From assembly GCA_035938355.1 (NCBI GenBank), contig DASZGZ010000043.1:1-41415 (forward strand): a stretch of 41,415 bases of DNA. The letters are read 5' to 3'. The notes below the pieces were generated by a model, which did no database searches, was not told where the DNA came from, and saw nothing but the letters and a program-made list of their open reading frames with translations. The stretch is from Acidobacteriaceae bacterium (GTDB lineage: Bacteria > Acidobacteriota > Terriglobia > Terriglobales > Acidobacteriaceae). Positions 34,792 through 41,415 of this stretch are shown here, in pieces. The translations under genes were made by a program, and so were the position numbers. Position 1 is the stretch's first letter. Every line of letters starts with the position of its first letter.

Positions 34792-36066
34792 ATGTTGAAC
34801 GAACGTAGTGTGGAACGAACGGTCCTCCCGAATGGGTTGACCATCCTGACTGAGCGTATGGAGAACGTGCGCTCGGTTGCAATGGGTGTATGGGTGCGGG
34901 CCGGCTCACGGCATGAGATCGCGGAGCTGAACGGCATCTCGCATTTTGTGGAACACATGGTCTTCAAGGGGACCGAGACGCGGACGGCGCAGCGGATTGC
35001 GCGCGAGGTGGACGCGATCGGCGGAAACCTGGACGCCTTTACCGGCAAGGAAACGATCTGCTTCAACATCAAGGTGCTGGACGAGCATGTGCCGACGGCA
35101 CTGGACGTGCTCAGCGACCTGGTGTTGCATCCGATCTTTGCCGAGGGCGACATCCAGCGCGAGCGGGGCGTGATCTTCGAAGAGATCAAGATGGACGAGG
35201 ACAACCCCGACTTCCTGGTGCACGAGATCTTTACCCAGAACTTCTGGAGGGGCCACCCGCTGGGCAAGCCGATCCTGGGGACGAAGGAGACGGTAGGCCG
35301 GCTGGAGCAGGCGAAGCTGTTCGGCTACTACAGCGATCGCTTCCGGGGCGGCAATGTCGTCTTTACCGCGGCGGGGAACCTGGACCATCAGCGATTTGTG
35401 GATGAGGTACGGCGGCGCTTCGAGACGATGCCGGGCGGCGTTCCCGAGGATGCAAACCTGCCGCCGAGCACCAGCGCGAAGATCGTGCTGCGGAACAAAA
35501 AGGCGCTCGAACAGGTGCAGCTATGTATGGGCGTGCCTTCCCTGCCCATCTCCAGCGACCGGCGGTATTGCGCGCTGGTACTGAACACGGTGCTAGGCGG
35601 CGGCATGAGCTCGCGGCTCTTCCAGACCGTGCGCGAAGAGCGCGGGCTGGCCTACTCGATTTACAGCGACCTGAATCCTTACAAGGACACGGGCATGCTT
35701 TGCGTCTATGCGGGCACATCGTCGGACCGGGCACTGCAAGTGATTCAGCTGGTGACGGACGAGTTCCGGCGGCTGAAGCAGGAACCGATGCCGGAGGACG
35801 AGTTGCGGCGCGCGAAGGATCAGTTGCTGGGGAACATCATCCTGAGCATGGAGAGCACCGGGGCGCGGATGTCCAACCTGGCGCGGCAGGAGATGTACTT
35901 CGATCACTTCTTCGGTATCGACGAGGTAATGCAGCAAGTCGAAGCCGTGACTGCAGAGCAGGCGATGACGCTGGCGCGGGAGCTGTTCGATCCGGAGAAG
36001 ATCGCGGTGACCATGCTGGGGCGGCTGGACGGTATCAAGGTGGGGCGCGGCGACCTGATCTGCTAA
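34792..36066 (+). CDS. M16 family zinc peptidase
   Basis: Inverted zinc motif HFVEHMVFKGT; LGGGMSSRLFQTVREERGLAYS. Confidence 0.95.
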   Translation: MLNERSVERTVLPNGLTILTERMENVRSVAMGVWVRAGSRHEIAELNGISHFVEHMVFKGTETRTAQRIAREVDAIGGNLDAFTGKETICFNIKVLDEHVPTALDVLSDLVLHPIFAEGDIQRERGVIFEEIKMDEDNPDFLVHEIFTQNFWRGHPLGKPILGTKETVGRLEQAKLFGYYSDRFRGGNVVFTAAGNLDHQRFVDEVRRRFETMPGGVPEDANLPPSTSAKIVLRNKKALEQVQLCMGVPSLPISSDRRYCALVLNTVLGGGMSSRLFQTVREERGLAYSIYSDLNPYKDTGMLCVYAGTSSDRALQVIQLVTDEFRRLKQEPMPEDELRRAKDQLLGNIILSMESTGARMSNLARQEMYFDHFFGIDEVMQQVEAVTAEQAMTLARELFDPEKIAVTMLGRLDGIKVGRGDLIC

Positions 36067-36157
36067 GGGGCCGGGTCATGCGAAGCCGCGGCGAATTTGG
36101 GAGCGATCGCGCGAGAACGCGGCGGGGCGTGGGGCGCGGCGACCTGATCTGCTAAGG
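36040..36157 (+). repeat. 29-bp perfect direct repeat duplicating the peptidase 3' end
   Basis: GTGGGGCGCGGCGACCTGATCTGCTAAGG at 36040-36068 and 36129-36157. Confidence 0.92.
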
Positions 36158-36411
36158 ACTCGCCGTCCAGGCGAAGGCGCCTGCGGCGCGTTCCGTCGGG
36201 GTCGTCGCTTCCTTTGGTCGCTCACGCCGAGTGTGCTGAGGATGCCCGAGAACCGCAGATCTTCCAGTTTGCTTGGTGAGCGGAATGGGGTTGGGCTGCG
36301 TCTTTCTGAGGCACACTCAGGCTTATTTCCGGTGCCACCGGGATTTTGATACTCTGCGGTCGGCAGTGCCTGCCGGTGCGGGTGCGCCATAGAACTTTAG
36401 AGGGTCGTGTC

Positions 36412-36945
36412 ATGAAGAAGTGGTGGAAAGAGCCGGCGACAGAGGGCTGTCCCCGGCATAGTGAAGCTGGTTTCACGCTGATGGAACTGCTGATCGTGAT
36501 GGCAGTGATCCTGATCCTGATGCTTGTCGCGATTCCGAGCCTGCTGAACATGACAATCCAGGCACATGAGACGTCGGCACTAGCATCGCTGCGCGCGATC
36601 CAGTCCGCGGAAGTCCAATATCAGACGAACTTCCCTGCGAATGGATATGCGTGCACGATTGGCGCGCTGGGAGGCTCCGCAGGTTCCGGTCCGCCGACGG
36701 CGCAGGCGGCGCAGATGCTGCAGTCGACGCTGGCGACGGGACAGAAGGATGGCTATACCTTCACCATCACCAACTGCACCAAGACGCAGAACGCGAACAA
36801 TCAGGACATGTTTACCTCCTACGAGGTGACAGCCGTTCCGCAGACGGTGGGCAAGACGGGACATCGCGGTTTCTGCATGGATATGTCGGGCGAGATCAAG
36901 GCCGATATGGCGGGGGGCACCAACTGCACGGTTCCGATCTCGTGA
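36412..36945 (+). CDS. Type IV pilin / prepilin-type protein
   Basis: G|FTLMELLIVMAVI prepilin cleavage/methylation motif; KDGYTF and YEVTAVP..G.RGFC.D. Confidence 0.9.
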   Translation: MKKWWKEPATEGCPRHSEAGFTLMELLIVMAVILILMLVAIPSLLNMTIQAHETSALASLRAIQSAEVQYQTNFPANGYACTIGALGGSAGSGPPTAQAAQMLQSTLATGQKDGYTFTITNCTKTQNANNQDMFTSYEVTAVPQTVGKTGHRGFCMDMSGEIKADMAGGTNCTVPIS

Positions 36946-37622
36946 GGTTTGGGCAATATTCAAAAGGCCAGCGGCTCTGCTGGCCTTTTGTGTTTCTGAC
37001 GATGCTGCTTTCGTTGCCCATGGGCGCGCAGAAGCTTGCGCCGGCGGCGGCCGAGCTTGCCGCGACAGTGGATCACCACTACAACACGCTGAAGCGGCTG
37101 CAGGTGGACTTTACCGAGACCTACCAGGGCATGGGAATGGACCGGCACGAGAGCGGCGTGCTGCTGCTGGAGAAGCCGGGGCGCATGCGCTGGAACTATG
37201 CCGAGCCACGGGGCAAGGTGTTTGTGCTGGATGGGAAGTACGGCTGGTTCTATACCCCGGGGGATGCGCAGGTGCAGCAGATTCCTGCGAAGAAGCTCGA
37301 CGATCTGCGGTCGCCACTGCGCTTTCTGCTGGGGCATGCGCAACTGACGAAGGAGCTGGACGGCCTGACGATGACTCCGGCGGATGGCGGCATGTTCCGG
37401 CTGCGCGGCGTGCCGAAGGGGATGGAGCAGCGGGTGCGGTCGCTCGAGGTAACTGTCACCGCCGACGGCACAATTCATCGGATGACGCTCGAGGAGCTGG
37501 ACGGTTCGCGGACGAGCTTTGTGTTCGAGCATGAGCAGGCGAATCCGGCGTTGGCCGCGGATGCATTTCACTTCACGCCGCCGGATGGGGTGCAGATGGT
37601 GGAGGGGACGCCGCCGGTTTAA
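36942..37622 (+). CDS. lolA: Outer-membrane lipoprotein carrier LolA
   Basis: ESGVLLLEKPGRMRWNY..P..KVFVLDGK..W.Y and F.FTPP.GV. GTG at 36942 (GTGA overlap) gives a full signal peptide; start uncertain. Confidence 0.85.
   Translation: MRFGQYSKGQRLCWPFVFLTMLLSLPMGAQKLAPAAAELAATVDHHYNTLKRLQVDFTETYQGMGMDRHESGVLLLEKPGRMRWNYAEPRGKVFVLDGKYGWFYTPGDAQVQQIPAKKLDDLRSPLRFLLGHAQLTKELDGLTMTPADGGMFRLRGVPKGMEQRVRSLEVTVTADGTIHRMTLEELDGSRTSFVFEHEQANPALAADAFHFTPPDGVQMVEGTPPV
36961..36995 (+). terminator. Terminator-like hairpin after pilin
   Basis: CAAAAGGCCAGCG-GCTC-TGCTGGCCTTTTG followed by TGTTT. Confidence 0.65.
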
Positions 37623-37683
37623 GTGCTCCTTCATACTTCTGGGAGCACTCTTTAACTGAGGCGCCATTCGCCTCGAAAGAGGG

Positions 37684-38727
37684 ATGCCTGACGTGAGGCT
37701 TGATCGTGTTGTCTATGGTTTTGCTGGCGCGGTGGCCGCGCTTCTTTTTCTTTCCGTTTCGTTAACGCATGCGCAGTCCCCTGGTCGAGTCGAAAGCGTC
37801 CTGACCAAGGTTGCGGATGTCCCAATGCCGGGGCCCGCGGTCCGGTTCGACTACCAGAGCTTCGATCCGTCGAGCGGGCGCTTATACATCGCCCACATGA
37901 ACGCGGATCAACTGGTCATTTTTGATACTACGAAGAGGCAGGTGGTCGCGAATCTCGATGGGTTTCCTCGAGTTCATGGCGTTACCGTGGCCGGCGCGAT
38001 CCATCGTGTATATGCATCCGCTACCGGCTCGCATCAGGTCGTGGCAGTCGACATTGAGACGTTGAAGATTGTGGGGCGCGCCGGTCCCATCGTCTATCCC
38101 GATGGCCTTGCCTATGCGCCAAAGCAAAACAGGATTTTTGTCTCCGATGAACACGGCGGCGTGGACGCGGTGATCGACGCAGCGAGCAACAAGCTGATCA
38201 CGAACATCCGTCTTGGTGGCGGCGCGGGAAACACGGTTTACGATCCGGTCTCGGGTCACATCGTGGTCGCCGTTCATGGCGTGAATGTGCTCGCCATTAT
38301 CGATCCGGAGACGAATCGCATCATCCGGCAGGTGCCACTCGCGGGTATAGAAAACCCTCATGGCATTGCGCTGGATGTCGCGAGCCATATCGCCTTCGTG
38401 GCCGGCGAAGAGAATCACACGCTCGCGATGGTCGATCTGAATGGGATGAAGGTCCTCTCGACCTACCAGGTAGGCGACGATCCCGATGTGCTTGCATATG
38501 ATCCAGGTTTGAAGCGCTTGTATGTTTCGGCAGAGTCCGGCAGGGTCGCCGTGTTCGGGCGCAAGGGCACCGGCCTAGTTCTGCTGGACTCGTTCGATAT
38601 GCCTCATGCTCACACGGTCTCAGTGGATCCGAAGACGCACCTTGTCTATTTCCCGCTCGAGAATGTTGACGGTCGCCCCGTGTTGAGAATCATGAAGCCG
38701 ACGCTTCGATCGGTCGCGACGGAATAG
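37684..38727 (+). CDS. Secreted YncE/YVTN-like beta-propeller protein
   Basis: Signal peptide; RFDYQSFD..RLYIAHM, PDGLAY, PHGIALD and PDVLAYD blades. Confidence 0.85.
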   Translation: MPDVRLDRVVYGFAGAVAALLFLSVSLTHAQSPGRVESVLTKVADVPMPGPAVRFDYQSFDPSSGRLYIAHMNADQLVIFDTTKRQVVANLDGFPRVHGVTVAGAIHRVYASATGSHQVVAVDIETLKIVGRAGPIVYPDGLAYAPKQNRIFVSDEHGGVDAVIDAASNKLITNIRLGGGAGNTVYDPVSGHIVVAVHGVNVLAIIDPETNRIIRQVPLAGIENPHGIALDVASHIAFVAGEENHTLAMVDLNGMKVLSTYQVGDDPDVLAYDPGLKRLYVSAESGRVAVFGRKGTGLVLLDSFDMPHAHTVSVDPKTHLVYFPLENVDGRPVLRIMKPTLRSVATE

Positions 38728-38739
38728 CCTTCTGACCTC

Positions 38740-39213
38740 TCAGGTGCGCAACTTAAAGCTGGCCCTGCTGCCCAGGAGGACCAAGCAGCAGGACCCGAGT
38801 ACAACTGCTACTACCGCAGTGACAACACCTGTGAAAACCATTCCACCAGAGAATGAGCTGAGCATTGTGGAGAGCTGCGCCGGCTGCCTTTGCCAGAGCT
38901 GGGGCAGGTACCATGCGGCCAGAGCGACAGCGTAGAGGGCTGCGAGGATCCGCAGCAGCAGCATGCAGCGCGCGGCGCGTATCAGGGCGAGTTGCTGCCG
39001 TTGCGCCTGCATTTTGTGCCAGACGATGCCGGCGGAGGGAGGACTGCTTTGCGCGGACGTGGTGATTGCGTGACCGAGGAAGAGCTGCGCTACTCGCTTT
39101 GTCTCCGCGCAGGACGCGCACGCGGCGACATGATGCTCCAGATCGGCCGGCCAGCTTCCTGAGCGGGTGGCAGCGGCGACTAGCGGCTCGTGTTCGCAAT
39201 TGTCCTGAGTCAT
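38740..39213 (-). CDS. Putative zinc-binding transmembrane anti-sigma factor
   Basis: C..HVAACASC (HxxxCxxC) plus two TM helices; ATG at 39213 overlaps the sigma stop (ATGA). Confidence 0.78.
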   Translation of the reverse strand: MTQDNCEHEPLVAAATRSGSWPADLEHHVAACASCAETKRVAQLFLGHAITTSAQSSPPSAGIVWHKMQAQRQQLALIRAARCMLLLRILAALYAVALAAWYLPQLWQRQPAQLSTMLSSFSGGMVFTGVVTAVVAVVLGSCCLVLLGSRASFKLRT

Positions 39214-39794
39214 GATGTCTTCCTTTCCGGCCGGAGAAGCCTGGCGGCCTTTTTGCGCGCGCGAAAGAGCAGTGGACGGATGCTGAGAGCGGCGAGGCCG
39301 GTGGCGATGGCGATCTCCTGATGGCTCATGCCTTCGACGTAGGCGAGCCATAACAGTTCGCGCTCTTTCGGCTTCAGGGCCTGCATGACGTGGCGAACGT
39401 CGAGCTGCGTTTCGACATCGCAGGCGTGGGACTGATCAAAGTCCTCTGGCCATTGAGATTCCTGCCTGCGGCGCCACCGATCGCGAAGCAGGTTGGTGGC
39501 GATGCGGAAGAGGTAGGGGCGCGTTTCCGCGGCCGGCAGGGCGGCGGGGTGACGCTGGAGGAAGCGGAAGTAGGTCTCCTGCAGGACGTCGTCGGCAATG
39601 TCCCGTTGCCCGGTGACGCCGATGAGATAGGCATGGATGGGACGCGCTGTGGCATCGTAAAGCAACTGGAATTGCTGCTCATCCATTGCGGTGCTGTCCC
39701 GGGCGTTTCCATCGGCGGCAGCAGCACTCGCCGCAATGGCGGCTGCCGTTATGTTCGGACCGCTCGAATTTGCGAAGAAGAGAATGGCTTCCAT
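39210..39794 (-). CDS. ECF RNA polymerase sigma factor
   Basis: ADDVLQETY..YLFRIATNLLRD (region 2); LKPKERELLWLAYVEGMSHQEIA..LFRAR (region 4). Confidence 0.93.
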   Translation of the reverse strand: MEAILFFANSSGPNITAAAIAASAAAADGNARDSTAMDEQQFQLLYDATARPIHAYLIGVTGQRDIADDVLQETYFRFLQRHPAALPAAETRPYLFRIATNLLRDRWRRRQESQWPEDFDQSHACDVETQLDVRHVMQALKPKERELLWLAYVEGMSHQEIAIATGLAALSIRPLLFRARKKAARLLRPERKTS

Positions 39795-39800
39795 GTTTGC

Positions 39801-40247
39801 TTACGAGCGGGGACCGTTATCCACCAGACCAAAGCTTCGCGAGAGAGCGTAGGTTGCTGCGGCGGCAATGCCGAGACCGATGCCCAACGCAATCGCAAGT
39901 GTGCCCATCACGACGGCTACGTCATCGGAAAGCGTGCGATTTGCATGCAGCAGTAGTAGCGCGCCGCCAAAGACGATCAGCACGATCGATAACTGCACTC
40001 CGATGAGGATGCTACGTAAGGGCGCGGCGCGCGGTTCCCTCTCGCGCTCAAGACGCAGCGCTTCGACGAACTGGCGGCCTGCGTCGGTGGAGACGTAGGT
40101 GAGCAGCGTTTCCGGCGAATTGATCCGTTCGAGGAGCTTGGCCTGGAGGGTGGCCTGAAGCCGCGCCATGACAACGCGCCGGATGGAAGTAAAGATAAGC
40201 CAGGCGATGAAGCCTATCAACAAACAGACAAACAGCGGACCTTCCAT
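39801..40247 (-). CDS. Small 3-TM membrane protein (DUF6249-like)
   Basis: N-terminal TM, LQAKLLERI..LL.Y..TDAGRQF and two C-terminal TMs; AGAGGG RBS before ATG 40247. Confidence 0.7.
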   Translation of the reverse strand: MEGPLFVCLLIGFIAWLIFTSIRRVVMARLQATLQAKLLERINSPETLLTYVSTDAGRQFVEALRLEREREPRAAPLRSILIGVQLSIVLIVFGGALLLLHANRTLSDDVAVVMGTLAIALGIGLGIAAAATYALSRSFGLVDNGPRS

Positions 40248-40288
40248 TTCTCTACCCTCTTTCGTCGTTCTTGCTGCGTTTATCCATA

Positions 40289-40317
40289 CAACGCAAAAAG
40301 GGGGCGGGGAGTTAACA
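40289..40317 (-). promoter_or_regulatory. Putative ECF-sigma promoter
   Basis: Minus strand TGTTAAC-N17-CGTTG, matching the AAC/CGT pattern of ECF promoters. Confidence 0.6.
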
Positions 40318-40397
40318 GAAAAATTTGGGAAATCTGGAAGCCGGCTGACGGAAGGTCGTGCGGGGTTTTGCGCGGGGCCCCACAGTATCATCTTTCC

Positions 40398-41015
40398 ATG
40401 CGAAAGTTGTTCGCTATCTTGTGCCTTGCTTCAGTTTGGATTCCGACCTGTGCTCAAACCTCTTCTGCCGTAACAAGAGCTTATGCGGACAACAAAGGAT
40501 CGCTGCACATCATTACCGCAGATCGTCGCAATTACACGATCCGACCTACGCCATGGCAAGCAGGCGGCGGCTTTGAAGCAATAAAGATTGCACCGGACCG
40601 AAGAACCGTCGGCTGGCTTGCCGACCAAATGCTCGACCCCCTCCAGGCAAACTCAAACGATTCTTATCCGGTCGCTCAGGAACTAGGTATCTGGCGCGAT
40701 GGTCGCGTCATTCGGAGATTCCCTGCGACCGCCCTCGTCATCTGGGACTGGATATTTCTGAACGGCAGCAAGGAAGCGGCATTTCACATTGCTCCGCCGC
40801 GCGGGCAAGATTTCAACTACAATTGTGCCCGCTTTGATATAGACACTGGAAAGCAGATAGCACATTGGAAGCTTGACCGCAGAGATTACGTCGTTCCCGA
40901 TTGGGTTAAGCCGCTGCTGGTGAATGATCCTCTGCCCGATCCGGAAGAGCTTTCCAAGCGGTTTCCAGATGCGCCTACGCCGACAAAGAAGACTGCCCAA
41001 CCTCAGGCGAAATAA
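40398..41015 (+). CDS. Hypothetical secreted beta-rich protein
   Basis: Signal peptide MRKLFAILCLASVWIPTCA; no family recognised. Confidence 0.7.
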   Translation: MRKLFAILCLASVWIPTCAQTSSAVTRAYADNKGSLHIITADRRNYTIRPTPWQAGGGFEAIKIAPDRRTVGWLADQMLDPLQANSNDSYPVAQELGIWRDGRVIRRFPATALVIWDWIFLNGSKEAAFHIAPPRGQDFNYNCARFDIDTGKQIAHWKLDRRDYVVPDWVKPLLVNDPLPDPEELSKRFPDAPTPTKKTAQPQAK

Positions 41016-41083
41016 ATTTCCTTCCGGAACCAACTGCAGGTCCTGAGCTGCGCCCAGGATGACAGACATATTTCTTTCTTTGA

Positions 41084-41413
41084 TCAGTGCGGCAGGTTCA
41101 CAGTCCAGTGGAGGATGGCGTCCGCCAGTTCAGCGCGCTGGCCGGAGTAGCTGTGGTCGGTGTCCCAGTGGCGTTCGGTGACGTGGGTGTCGCCGGCCTT
41201 GGTGAGCGCTTCGACCAACGCGTGGTCAGAGGGGGCGAGGCCCTCGCTGGCGGTGATGACAAAGACGGGGCGCGGCGCGATGGCGGGTGCGAGGTTGAGG
41301 AAGTTGAGCTCCTGCCGGTGGTCGCGGATCTCGCGGGCGAGCGCGAGGCCGCTGGTGCCGGCGAGCGGGGCGAGGTTGTTGTTTTCAGCGAGCGTCTTTC
41401 CTTCGTTTGCGAT
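41084..41413 (-). CDS. C-terminal part of an alpha/beta hydrolase (truncated by the window edge; absent from the ORF track)
   Basis: Hand translation: ..LAPLAGTSGLALAREI..APRPVFVITASEGL..HWDTDHSYSGQRAELADAILHW..*; DHSYS fits the catalytic His region. Confidence 0.7.
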   Translation of the reverse strand: MANEGKTLAENNNLAPLAGTSGLALAREIRDHRQELNFLNLAPAIAPRPVFVITASEGLAPSDHALVEALTKAGDTHVTERHWDTDHSYSGQRAELADAILHWTVNLPH

Positions 41414-41415
41414 CG

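Noticed and set aside
34792-36066. M16 peptidase as the precursor-processing enzyme
   Set aside because: No signal peptide, about 27 kb away, and a widespread housekeeping type.

Overview
GC-rich bacterial chromosomal window, most likely Acidobacteriaceae (inferred from the VWA, TPR, pilin, porin and carboxypeptidase-regulatory-like proteins). Most of it is housekeeping: rpsP-khpA-rimM-trmD, rplS, rnhB, msrPQ, rlmN, lolA, yvcK, tRNA-Lys(UUU), an M16 peptidase, transporters, hydrolases and an ECF sigma/anti-sigma operon. The standout is a compact locus at about 6.1-9.3 kb. A Sec-signal precursor (7538-7852) carries five copies of SPNLPFPRDLG[K/R]S whose DNA differs almost only at synonymous positions. 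It is followed by an enzyme-less ~7-TM membrane protein, a translationally coupled membrane-anchored 173-aa protein and a strong terminator. Transcribed divergently are a PilZ protein and a LuxR-type regulator whose receiver lacks the phospho-acceptor Asp. I interpret this (inference, unverified) as a candidate undescribed multi-copy peptide-pheromone/7-TM-receptor signalling system. Smaller signals include an 11-bp-periodic Pho-box-like array upstream of a porin, a C-tract plus three 26-bp imperfect repeats after yvcK, a 29-bp duplication of a gene end, a terminator embedded in the lolA signal-peptide codons, and several probably leaderless genes. No CRISPR array, integrase or transposase was seen. 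All family assignments are from motif recognition only; no searches were run.
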